Shown here: positions 34,551 to 42,853 of the stretch, in pieces | Layout: the number at the start of each line of letters is the position of its first letter | Position numbering within the stretch: the first letter of the stretch is position 1 | Sequence record: KY555145.1 | Length of the DNA stretch: 64,000 nucleotides | Reading direction: 5' to 3' (one strand) | Notes under the pieces: generated by a model | Database searches by the model: none | What the model saw: only the letters and a program-made list of their open reading frames with translations | What the model was told of the DNA's origin: nothing | Position numbers and translations under genes: made by a program

Positions 34551-35051
34551 ATGGGTCTGACGGGCTGCGCCTTCGCGGCCCTGACGACCGGCTCGGTCGC
34601 CTACGCGATCGACCGTGGCGGCAAGGCGCTGAAGCTCAGCGCCTTCCTGCTGCTGGCGTCCTGGGTGTTCTCGGTCACCCTGGGCCAGACCCTGCACGCG
34701 GGCATGAAGCCCTATGTCTATGCCTGGGTCGACGCCCTGTTCGCCGGCGCGATGGGGATATTGATCTCCGCCCGGCTCCAGCGCTGGCGGGTCGCCCTCT
34801 TCACCCTGGCGATCGCCCAGATGGGCCTCCACCTGATCATGATCGGGGGCTGGGATTTCTCGCTGCACGCGCGGCGCCTCCACGTCCTGGCCCTCAACCT
34901 GACCTACGGCCTGGAACTCTTCGTCCTGACGATCGGGGCGGCGACCTATCGCGTCGAGGTCGAGGACGACATGCCGGCGCTGATCGAGACTGACGGCCCC
35001 GGACCCGGCTGGCTTGAATGTGTTGACAAAGCCAGAGAGCCCGTCCTATAA
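34551..35051 (+). CDS. polytopic membrane protein (4-5 TM)
   Basis: Successive hydrophobic segments; ATG 10 nt after the upstream stop. Confidence 0.75.
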   Translation: MGLTGCAFAALTTGSVAYAIDRGGKALKLSAFLLLASWVFSVTLGQTLHAGMKPYVYAWVDALFAGAMGILISARLQRWRVALFTLAIAQMGLHLIMIGGWDFSLHARRLHVLALNLTYGLELFVLTIGAATYRVEVEDDMPALIETDGPGPGWLECVDKAREPVL

Positions 35052-35069
35052 GCTCCCTCGACGACAACG
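35023..35069 (+). promoter_or_regulatory. sigma70-type promoter with CGACGACAACG leader
   Basis: TTGACA-18-TATAAG-6-CGACGACAACG followed by AGGAGG. Confidence 0.85.
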
Positions 35070-35080
35070 AGGAGGCCTCC

Positions 35081-35518
35081 ATGCGCCGTACACCCAAGAC
35101 CGCAACTATCTCCCGCGCCCTCGCCTATCTGGCGATCACCGGTGGGACCTCCTGCCTGACGATCAATACGCGTCTGGCCCTCTATCCCTATCACAATCTG
35201 GTCGAGCAGAAGTACAAGATCGGCGACACCGAACTGACCCGCCACGTCTACAAGCTCACCCCGGAGGGCGAGGCCCTGGCCCAGAAGAGCCGCCTGTGGC
35301 GCGGGCATCAGAAGCTCCTCGACATGGGCTTCCGCTTCAAGCCCTCACGCCGCCGGCGCCAGTCCTCGCGGTTCCTGTCCTACGATCACGCCGAGCACAT
35401 GTGCCGCAACGACCGTCGCGGCGCTTTCATCTCCGGCGATCACGTCTACGCCCAGCCGGCGCCGGGGCAGACGCCCGAAGGCAAGAAGGACTGGGACTAC
35501 ATCGAGGTGAGCCTGTGA
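35081..35518 (+). CDS. basic hypothetical protein
   Basis: AGGAGG RBS. Confidence 0.8.
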   Translation: MRRTPKTATISRALAYLAITGGTSCLTINTRLALYPYHNLVEQKYKIGDTELTRHVYKLTPEGEALAQKSRLWRGHQKLLDMGFRFKPSRRRRQSSRFLSYDHAEHMCRNDRRGAFISGDHVYAQPAPGQTPEGKKDWDYIEVSL

Positions 35519-35874
35519 GCGCGCGCACCGCGACCGACATCCTGATCGCCGCCGCCGAACTCCTGGAGACGCAGGGCTGGGGCCAGGGCGCCGCCGTGGT
35601 CGACACCGCCGACATCGGCGGCGCCCTCTGCGCCAATATCGCGCTGGGTCACGCCTCGGTCCGCATCGACCCCAAGGACTACGCCGCCTACACCAGCGCC
35701 CAGGTCGCCCTCCTGAAGCATCTGGACATCGACCTGGGTCCGGCCCTGCTCCAGCAGACGACCAAGGCCAGCCTGATCATCGAGTGGAACGATGCGCCGG
35801 GGCGCACCGCCCACGAGGTGACCGACGCCCTGCGCGGCGCGGCGGACGCTCTTCGTCTGGAGGTGCAGTCGTGA
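35515..35874 (+). CDS. DUF6197-like protein, paralogue 1 (MSARTATD...)
   Basis: AAELLETQGWGQG...C...WNDAPGRTAHEV. Confidence 0.7.
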   Translation: MSARTATDILIAAAELLETQGWGQGAAVVDTADIGGALCANIALGHASVRIDPKDYAAYTSAQVALLKHLDIDLGPALLQQTTKASLIIEWNDAPGRTAHEVTDALRGAADALRLEVQS

Positions 35875-36248
35875 TCACGCCCGTCCAGCAAATCCTCACC
35901 GACGCGGCCGTTCTGCTCGAAGAGCGCGGCTGGGGCCAGGGCAGCGACACGATCCGGACCGCCGACCTGGGCGGCGCCATGTGCCTCAACCTCGCCCTCG
36001 GCGCGGTCCCGCAAGAGGATATGGCGATCTTTCGCGCGGCCCAGTACGCCCTCATCAACCATCTGGGCCTGGAGGTGGTCACCGAATATGACCGCTTCGC
36101 CGGCCTGATGCGGGAGATGCCGGGCGTGACCCTGGTCAACTGGAACGACGCGCCGGGGCGAACCGCCCGCGAGGTGATCGACGCCCTGCGGGCCACGGCG
36201 CTGTCGGTGACGGTCGACGCCCTGGTGGCGGCGGAGGTCCTGGCCTGA
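35871..36248 (+). CDS. DUF6197-like protein, paralogue 2 (MITPVQQ...)
   Basis: AAVLLEERGWGQG...C...WNDAPGRTAREV. Confidence 0.7.
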   Translation: MITPVQQILTDAAVLLEERGWGQGSDTIRTADLGGAMCLNLALGAVPQEDMAIFRAAQYALINHLGLEVVTEYDRFAGLMREMPGVTLVNWNDAPGRTAREVIDALRATALSVTVDALVAAEVLA

Positions 36249-36592
36249 TGCCGCGCCCCGCCCAACGCCGCCACGCCCTTTACCTGCTGGTCGTCAGTTG
36301 CGGCCCGCTGGTGATCATGAAGGGGCCGGAGGCCTTCACCCCCTGGCCGGTCCTGCGCAAGGCGATCCTCAAGACCATGCGCGAGGCGCACGGGCTGAAG
36401 GCCTCCGAGGTTTCGGCCGTCGAGGGTCTGGCCGATCCGCGCAGCGAAGACCCGCAAGACCGCAACGCCGTCGAGAAGTTCGCCGCCGCCTTCGCCGGCT
36501 CGGACAACTTCCCGGCCTTCCATCTCTACGCCTGGACTGGCGAAGGCTTCGCCCTGGTCCGCGCCCCTCTGGAACAGGAGACCGCCGCTTGA
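36248..36592 (+). CDS. hypothetical protein
   Basis: TGATG overlap. Confidence 0.7.
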   Translation: MPRPAQRRHALYLLVVSCGPLVIMKGPEAFTPWPVLRKAILKTMREAHGLKASEVSAVEGLADPRSEDPQDRNAVEKFAAAFAGSDNFPAFHLYAWTGEGFALVRAPLEQETAA

Positions 36593-37122
36593 CCCCGACC
36601 GATGAGCTTTTGAACCGCGCCGCCCAGCGCCTGGAACAGCGTGGCGGGCGAGACGCCTACAGCGCCCTGCTCGACGTCTCGCAAGGCGGCGAGAGCATCG
36701 CCGAGGCCTTGGAGGCGGTGATCCTCCACCTGGGCCTGCCCTATGATCCGACCCGTCGTCTGCGCGGGCCGGTCCTGCGCTGGTGCCTCGCCGAGGACCG
36801 CACCCAGACCGAAGTGCTGGGCGCCCTGCGCGGCGCGGCCCTGTCCATCAAAAAGGCCCGCATGAGGGACCCTTACGAGATCATCAACGGCTGGTGGTGG
36901 CTGAGCTTCGCCGACGACACCGGCTTCCTGGGCGTGGCGGTCCTGCACGCCGAGAGCTTCGACGCGGCGCTGCGCAAGAGCGGAGCCACCGGGCTCAATC
37001 CGGGCGGCTCGGTTCAGGGCGTGCCCCTCCCCGAGGAGTACGTCCCGGCCGAGCCCTATCGCAATCGCCTGCTGAACGCGGCCGAGGCCATCTCCGCCGG
37101 CGGGATCAAGGTGAGCGCATGA
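36589..37122 (+). CDS. degenerate DUF6197-like domain fused to a second domain (MTPTDELL...)
   Basis: TTG after AGGAG; AAQRLEQRG...WCLAEDRTQTEVLGALRGAA then WWWLSFAD domain. Confidence 0.65.
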   Translation: MTPTDELLNRAAQRLEQRGGRDAYSALLDVSQGGESIAEALEAVILHLGLPYDPTRRLRGPVLRWCLAEDRTQTEVLGALRGAALSIKKARMRDPYEIINGWWWLSFADDTGFLGVAVLHAESFDAALRKSGATGLNPGGSVQGVPLPEEYVPAEPYRNRLLNAAEAISAGGIKVSA

Positions 37123-37598
37123 CCGAGGCCCGCATCTACAACGGCGCGGCCGGCGCCATCTTCATCCGCAACCCCAAGTACGGGGTGATCGAGACCGACT
37201 CCCTGGTGGTGATCGACCGCCCGGACGACCTCGACCATCACGGCCTGATCGGGCGGCTCCACATCCAGCCCGGCATGGACACGGTGATCGTCAAGGCCGG
37301 CGTCGTCCACGTCAACGTCTATCCGTGTCAGGTCCGGCCGCTGAAGCTGGGCGAGCGGATCGGCGACCCCGAGGCCAACGCCCACCTCAACCAGATCGCC
37401 GAGATGGTCGGCGAGGGCGAGGACGTCGGGGCGGCCTGGGAGAGCGTCCAGGCGATCATCACCGAGCGGGACAACCTCAAGACGGCGGCCGAGCGCGTGC
37501 GCGACTGCCTGCGGTCGGCCAACCTGACCGACTCGGTTCAGGACGTCCGCTACGAGATCGAGACGGCCGCCAATTTCATCGCCGAGGCCCTGTCATGA
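37119..37598 (+). CDS. hypothetical protein (MTEARIY...)
   Basis: ATGA overlap. Confidence 0.75.
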   Translation: MTEARIYNGAAGAIFIRNPKYGVIETDSLVVIDRPDDLDHHGLIGRLHIQPGMDTVIVKAGVVHVNVYPCQVRPLKLGERIGDPEANAHLNQIAEMVGEGEDVGAAWESVQAIITERDNLKTAAERVRDCLRSANLTDSVQDVRYEIETAANFIAEALS

Positions 37599-38203
37599 AG
37601 GTCCCGCTGAAGCAATGCCCGCCCGGCCCGTTCCTCTATGAGGGCGTCCTGGGCTTCAAGACCGAGTACGGGGCGATGTCCACGCGCGAGCTTCCGAGCC
37701 CGCCGCTGTCGGGGCGCCTCCAGCGCGAGTGGTACGTCACCGACCACGCCGACGCCTATTGCATGTCGTCCGGCGAGGCCTTCTGGGCGGGCGCCAAGAC
37801 GCGCGAGGAGCGGGACGAACTCCTGGTCCAGCCGCTCTACGAGGGCTGGCTGAAGCTCAACCGACCGAGCGATCGCGAACGCCCCTCGGCGGCCGTCCTG
37901 CGCGAGGCGATCGACACGGCCCTGGTCCAGATCAGTGGTGGTCTCTGCTACTTCACGGCCGACGCCAAGCACGCCCAGCTTCGCGACGCCGAGAAGACCC
38001 TGGAGCGGGCGCTGAATGGCGACGAGACCCCGTTCGAAAAGCGGGTCTATGGCGAAGAGCCGGCGGCCGACTGGAGCCTGGAGCTTCACGTCTTTCACGC
38101 CGCCAACAACCCCGACCTGCCGCAGGCCACGCGGGGTCTTCTCAAGACCCTGTGGAAGGCCTACTGCGAGATGGAACAACGCTGCGAAGGAGCCTCGACT
38201 TGA
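37595..38203 (+). CDS. hypothetical protein (MKVPLK...)
   Basis: ATGA overlap. Confidence 0.75.
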   Translation: MKVPLKQCPPGPFLYEGVLGFKTEYGAMSTRELPSPPLSGRLQREWYVTDHADAYCMSSGEAFWAGAKTREERDELLVQPLYEGWLKLNRPSDRERPSAAVLREAIDTALVQISGGLCYFTADAKHAQLRDAEKTLERALNGDETPFEKRVYGEEPAADWSLELHVFHAANNPDLPQATRGLLKTLWKAYCEMEQRCEGAST

Positions 38204-38748
38204 ACATTCTGCAAGACCTCCTCGCCCACCCCGAGAACATGACGGACGCCTACGCGTCCTGCATCTCGATGCGGATCGGCGACACCCTGGCCAGCCCTCG
38301 GCGCCAGGACCTCTTCGATCTGGCGACCACCCTGACCTCGATCTCGCACGCCCTGCTGGCCCAGGCCCCGCAGGAGGTGCGCAACGTCCTGATCCACGAC
38401 AAGGGCGACATGGGCGATCCGGTCATGGTCGCCTTCCGTCTCGGGCAGTTGTCCATGGCCGGCGAGATCATGGGCTACGAGGCCAGCCGCCGGGCCGATG
38501 ACGACATCATCGAGGTGGTTCGCGCCCATCGCGGGTTCCTCGCCGACATCGCCGCCGGCCGCAACACCCAGCGCGAACTCGCCGCCCAGTTCGGGATGTC
38601 GGGTCGGGAGGTCCGCGTCACCCTGCGGCTCCTCGGGAGCAAGGGCCTCGTCAACACCGTGCTCGGCAAGAAGGTCGGCGAGTTCGAGGCCCGGCTGACG
38701 CCACTGGCCGAATCGGTGCTCGACCAGATCAGGAGGGCCGCCGCATGA
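38200..38748 (+). CDS. winged-helix (MarR-like) DNA-binding protein
   Basis: TTG after AAGGAG; TQRELAAQFGMSGREVRVTLRLLGSKGLV...ARLTP. Confidence 0.7.
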   Translation: MNILQDLLAHPENMTDAYASCISMRIGDTLASPRRQDLFDLATTLTSISHALLAQAPQEVRNVLIHDKGDMGDPVMVAFRLGQLSMAGEIMGYEASRRADDDIIEVVRAHRGFLADIAAGRNTQRELAAQFGMSGREVRVTLRLLGSKGLVNTVLGKKVGEFEARLTPLAESVLDQIRRAAA

Positions 38749-39101
38749 GCGAGGGCGCCAAGCGCAAGCGGGCCGCCCGGCGCGCGCCGCAAAAGACGCT
38801 GATCGAAAAGCTCGACACGATTCTCGACGAGAGCCTCGCCGGGATCGAGCATCCCTCGCAGGTGGCGATCAATGTCTGCGTGCCCCGCGCGGACCTTCAG
38901 GAGGCCGTCAGGGGCCTGAAGCTGCGGGAGGTGTCCACCGGCCTGCCCGAGGACTTCCTGGTCGCCTGGGACGATCTGCGGCGGGCGATCACCGCCGTCG
39001 AGACCGCCAGCCTCTACTCGATCGGCGAGGCCGTCCGCTGGCTGGAGGAAGAGCGCATGAAGTTCGACGCCAAGGTTCGCGACACGGCAAGGTACGCATG
39101 A
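38745..39101 (+). CDS. hypothetical protein
   Basis: AGGAGG RBS. Confidence 0.75.
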   Translation: MSEGAKRKRAARRAPQKTLIEKLDTILDESLAGIEHPSQVAINVCVPRADLQEAVRGLKLREVSTGLPEDFLVAWDDLRRAITAVETASLYSIGEAVRWLEEERMKFDAKVRDTARYA

Positions 39102-39424
39102 CTCCCAAGACCTTCATCGACAAGCTGCGGGTCGGCGCTCAGAAGGCGCTCGCTCGCTCCAGGGCCTGGACGCCCGAGGAGAACATCGTGCTCCAGACCC
39201 TGGTCTGGGCGCCGGCCAACATCCAGCAGCGCTCGGACCTCTATGTGGCGGGCGTCATGCGCGGCATGCTGGCCCTGATCTCGACCATGAGCGGCAAGGT
39301 CTCCGAGGAGATCAAGACCCTCCTGTGGATGGCCGGCGAGGCGACCGAGACCAACGCGCCCGTGCCGGATGATCAGGTCCTGACGGCGCTGGCGGCCCTC
39401 GACGGCCTGCATGCGAGGGGCTGA
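39098..39424 (+). CDS. hypothetical protein
   Basis: ATGA overlap. Confidence 0.75.
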   Translation: MTPKTFIDKLRVGAQKALARSRAWTPEENIVLQTLVWAPANIQQRSDLYVAGVMRGMLALISTMSGKVSEEIKTLLWMAGEATETNAPVPDDQVLTALAALDGLHARG

Positions 39425-39819
39425 TGGTCAGCGCCTACCAGCAATCGCTCAACGCCCAGGCCTCGGGTCTGTCGACCCAGGCTGATCCGCTCGCCCGAGG
39501 CTATTGGAAGAACGGCCAGTGGGTGCGCAACTCGCTGCACGATCGCCTCAAGGCCTACATCGCCAGGGTCCCAGACGTGGAGTTCCATCGCTACTCGACG
39601 CGCCCGGCCGGCTCAATCACCGTCGCGGGCATCTCGCCGAACGCCTATGTCCCGGTCACCGACCAGAGGAGCCCGCCGGCCCCGTTCAGCAAGGACAGAT
39701 GGTGCTACATGCCCAAGACGATGCGCGCCCTGGTCGAGGCCGGCGTCCTGATGGTCGCCAGCCTCGACGTCCAGATGGACGGCAGCACCAAGGTGGCGAT
39801 CTACAAGCCGGTGCGCTGA
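39424..39819 (+). CDS. hypothetical protein, winged-helix-like C-terminus
   Basis: KTMRALVEAGVLMV. Confidence 0.75.
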   Translation: MVSAYQQSLNAQASGLSTQADPLARGYWKNGQWVRNSLHDRLKAYIARVPDVEFHRYSTRPAGSITVAGISPNAYVPVTDQRSPPAPFSKDRWCYMPKTMRALVEAGVLMVASLDVQMDGSTKVAIYKPVR

Positions 39820-40097
39820 TGCGACGGTTCATGCGCGCCCCCAGCCTGTCGACCTATCCGATCCCCTACCAGCTTGAGCGCTACCTGCTCAACAACCGCG
39901 ACGTGCGGCTGGTGCGCTGCCGTGACGGCTGGCGTCTCCAGGGCCGAACCGGCGTCTTCCACCGATCCCGTGTACCCGGCACCGGGCGCTACTCCTGGCG
40001 GTCGGTGGCGATCTGCCTGGATAGCCTCTGCGTGGTCGAGAGCTATGACGAGACCATGCGCCCCGACGTTGTCGGGCTCGCCAAGGACGTGGTGTGA
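39819..40097 (+). CDS. hypothetical protein (MRRFMRAP...)
   Basis: TGATG overlap. Confidence 0.65.
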   Translation: MRRFMRAPSLSTYPIPYQLERYLLNNRDVRLVRCRDGWRLQGRTGVFHRSRVPGTGRYSWRSVAICLDSLCVVESYDETMRPDVVGLAKDVV

Positions 40098-40459
40098 TGG
40101 TCTGGTGGGACCCTCAGGCGCGGGTCAAGAGTCACTGGTCCTATGATCCGAAGGACGGCACGCGCCCCTATTACATGTTCGACGGCCGGCGCTACAAGAG
40201 CGCCATCGCCGCCGCCACCGCCGAGGTGCTGAGCAATCGCCTGTGGGCGTTGTTCGACGTCCTCCCGATCCTGCTGCGCTGCGCCGACGGCTCCTATGTC
40301 GTCGACTGCGAACCGATCGGGAGCGAGCCGCACCTGCCGGCCCCGGACATCCGGGTCTCCAAGCGCATCGCGCTTGGGCTGGTCGAGGCCGGGCTGCTGC
40401 TGATCACCGAGTACAACGAGCGCGGCGTCCCTGACCGCCTGGAGCTTGCCGCCACATGA
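40094..40459 (+). CDS. hypothetical protein, winged-helix-like C-terminus
   Basis: SKRIALGLVEAGLLLI. Confidence 0.7.
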   Translation: MMVWWDPQARVKSHWSYDPKDGTRPYYMFDGRRYKSAIAAATAEVLSNRLWALFDVLPILLRCADGSYVVDCEPIGSEPHLPAPDIRVSKRIALGLVEAGLLLITEYNERGVPDRLELAAT

Positions 40460-40722
40460 GAGGCCTTCCCAAGCCCGCCGAGGTCCAGCTTCGCCGGTAC
40501 CTCCAGGGCGGTCACTTCAAGCACCTGATCCGGGCCTATCGCGGCTGGCGGCCCTACAATCCCGCCACCGGGACCATCCACGTCGACAAGCGGTTCTCGA
40601 CCAAGACGGTCCAGCGGGCCGTCAGCGCCGGCACGCTCGACGTCTACGAGTTCGACGAGGAGGGGCAGGTCCAGGTCTACGCCCTCGGCGCCCAGTTCCT
40701 CGGCTGGAAGTCCTCGTCATGA
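40456..40722 (+). CDS. hypothetical protein, winged-helix-like
   Basis: STKTVQRAVSAGTLDV. Confidence 0.7.
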   Translation: MRGLPKPAEVQLRRYLQGGHFKHLIRAYRGWRPYNPATGTIHVDKRFSTKTVQRAVSAGTLDVYEFDEEGQVQVYALGAQFLGWKSSS

Positions 40723-41027
40723 CCCCGCACGAAAAGGCGATGACCAAGTCGGTGATGCGCATCTGCGACGATATCCGCATGGTCGGCGGCGGGACGGGCG
40801 AGGCGACCGCGCTCTGGAAGTTCGTCTATCGCCCGGCGATCGAGCCGGGGCGCGCCGGGCGCTACGCCTTCGTGACGGCCAAGCGCGACATGCCCTTGCC
40901 AATGCGGACTGCCAGGGGTTATCGTCGCTGCGAGATGGAGGCGGTGGTCGACGTCGGCTATGCGGGGCTGCGCCCCGTGGCCTGGGACGAAACTGGCCGT
41001 GTCCTGGAGTATCGGGGTCGGGCGTGA
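40719..41027 (+). CDS. hypothetical protein (MTPHEK...)
   Basis: ATGA overlap. Confidence 0.7.
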   Translation: MTPHEKAMTKSVMRICDDIRMVGGGTGEATALWKFVYRPAIEPGRAGRYAFVTAKRDMPLPMRTARGYRRCEMEAVVDVGYAGLRPVAWDETGRVLEYRGRA

Positions 41028-41644
41028 AGGCCGATTGGCGCGAGACATTGGCGGTCGCTTTTGACCGGCCTCTTCCGGCTGCGGACGAGGTCAAGGACCC
41101 CTACGCCTTCGATCCCACCGCGCCGGCCATCATCCTCGACTTCGCCACCCCGCCCGAGCCGCCGCCCGAGAACGAATATCGTTGGCTGGCCCTGGACGCG
41201 GCGGGCGAACCGCTGGGGGAGTTCTGGACCATCCCGCTGGCGGCCGAGGGGCTCGCCCATATCCTCTATCCAGGCCACGCCCAGATCGTGCGGGGCAACG
41301 CCACCAGCCGCCTGCGGGCCAAGCGCCTGTCGCGCCTCTGCGAAGCCCAGAACTGGCGCTGCTGCTACTGCTACGGGGTGATGCGCCTGCCGGTCGAGTG
41401 CCTGCCCCAGGCGCCGGACATGGCGACCCTGGAGCACCTGCACCGCCAGACCGACGGCGGCGGCGGGCGGCTGGACAATCTGGTCGCCGCCTGCGCGTCC
41501 TGCAACTCCCATCGGGGCGGCTTCACGCCGCTGAAGTGGTGGAAGGTCCGCCAGCGCCTGCTCCCGGTCTGGCCCGCCTGCACGACGATGACCGAGGCCG
41601 CCCGATACAATCTGCGCGGCTATGGCCCGCTGCGGGCCGGCTAG
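41024..41644 (+). CDS. HNH endonuclease
   Basis: QNWRCCYC...ATLEHL...GG..LDNLVAACASCNSHRG. Confidence 0.88.
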   Translation: MKADWRETLAVAFDRPLPAADEVKDPYAFDPTAPAIILDFATPPEPPPENEYRWLALDAAGEPLGEFWTIPLAAEGLAHILYPGHAQIVRGNATSRLRAKRLSRLCEAQNWRCCYCYGVMRLPVECLPQAPDMATLEHLHRQTDGGGGRLDNLVAACASCNSHRGGFTPLKWWKVRQRLLPVWPACTTMTEAARYNLRGYGPLRAG

Positions 41645-41697
41645 GTTGAACAACCGTTTTTGGTTGTATTTCCGGAATACAACCGTTTTTGGTTGTA
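41644..41697. promoter_or_regulatory. operator-like array: two ACAACC-GTTTTT-GGTTGT palindromes 29 bp apart
   Basis: 41650-41667 and 41679-41696, separated by TTTCCGGAA. Confidence 0.65.
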
Positions 41698-41708
41698 GCG
41701 CGACTGTG

Positions 41709-41738
41709 TTGACAGAGTTTACAGAACCGGGCTAGACC
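41709..41738 (+). promoter_or_regulatory. sigma70-type promoter, probably giving a leaderless mRNA
   Basis: TTGACA-18-TAGACC; ATG 7 nt downstream. Confidence 0.65.
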
Positions 41739-41745
41739 GGAGGCC

Positions 41746-42174
41746 ATGATGGCTTCCGCCCCATTCATCCCGATGCTCCTCAAGGTCGGCGCGACCCGCC
41801 GGCGCTTGGCCGCCGCGCCCCAGCGGGTGCGCGACAAGGTCAACGCCCAGGCGGAGTTCTACACCGACGCCAAGGAGAAGGCCCGCCGGCGCCGGGCGTT
41901 CGTCCTGACGGCCCTGCTCGACGAGTTCCTGCACGGCACGGTGGTGTTCGAGCGCAACGCCCACGGGACCTACGACGCCCATTTCATTGGCACCTCGGCG
42001 CAGTTCCAGGCCCTGGATCGGCCGAGCGCCCATCTCCTGTTGGACGCGCGCTGGTCGCTCAAGACTCTGCGCTACCCCTTGTCGGTGGGCGATCTGGTGG
42101 TCGACGCCATGGACGAGAACAGGACGCCGCTGCGGCTGATCCAGCCCCCGATCCTTCCGGAGGACGCGGCGTGA
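41746..42174 (+). CDS. hypothetical protein
   Basis: GGAGG upstream; 142 aa. Confidence 0.75.
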   Translation: MMASAPFIPMLLKVGATRRRLAAAPQRVRDKVNAQAEFYTDAKEKARRRRAFVLTALLDEFLHGTVVFERNAHGTYDAHFIGTSAQFQALDRPSAHLLLDARWSLKTLRYPLSVGDLVVDAMDENRTPLRLIQPPILPEDAA

Positions 42175-42527
42175 AGCGCCAGACCCAGATGGACCTCAAC
42201 GGGATCACCCGCGCCGAGGCCGCCTGTGTCGCGGCCCTGATCCACGGCACGCGGCTGAAGTTCGTCGACCGCGCGCCCGACGGCTATTATCGGGTCGTGG
42301 CCATGGTGACGCGCGACCTGACGCACCAGAAGCCCGACGGGCGGGTGCGGCTGAAATGCTACGAGCGCAAGTTCTCCCGCCCGACCATCGACAAGCTGGT
42401 GGCGCGCCGGGCGCTCCAGGTCGTCCAGATGGACGAGCACGGCCGCGTCCAGATCGCCGCCTCGGCCGAGATGGTTCACGCCTGCATGGCGCTGCACGGG
42501 ATCAGGCTGAAGAGACCGGGCGGATGA
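42171..42527 (+). CDS. hypothetical protein, winged-helix-like
   Basis: GGAGG RBS; SRPTIDKLVARRALQV. Confidence 0.75.
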   Translation: MKRQTQMDLNGITRAEAACVAALIHGTRLKFVDRAPDGYYRVVAMVTRDLTHQKPDGRVRLKCYERKFSRPTIDKLVARRALQVVQMDEHGRVQIAASAEMVHACMALHGIRLKRPGG

Positions 42528-42853
42528 AGACGCGCCGCGTCACCCGGCGACAGGCCGAGGCCAGGGCCGCCTATCGCGTCGCCGACGCGGTCGGCTATCT
42601 GGGGCCGCACCGGCTCCTGGTCGAGAAGGTTCACGGCGGCTGGGTGCTGGTCGACCGCCTGGAGGGCTCCTACGCCCGCCGCGAGCCGCAGGACTTCATG
42701 ACCGTCACGACCGAGGACCTTTCGGAGGCCACGCGCTGGACCTGGAGGGCGATCGCCGAGGCCTGCGCCCAGTGCCGCCTTTCACTCCAGGCCATCGCCT
42801 GGGATCACCTGCTGCGCCCGGTCCAGTACACCCTCAACAAGGAGCCCCTGTGA
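42524..42853 (+). CDS. hypothetical protein (MKTRRV...)
   Basis: ATGA overlap. Confidence 0.7.
   Translation: MKTRRVTRRQAEARAAYRVADAVGYLGPHRLLVEKVHGGWVLVDRLEGSYARREPQDFMTVTTEDLSEATRWTWRAIAEACAQCRLSLQAIAWDHLLRPVQYTLNKEPL

Noticed and set aside
41024-41644. HNH gene as a mobile homing element or terminase-associated HNH
   Set aside because: It is translationally coupled within an operon and lies 6 kb from terS; nothing here distinguishes these roles.
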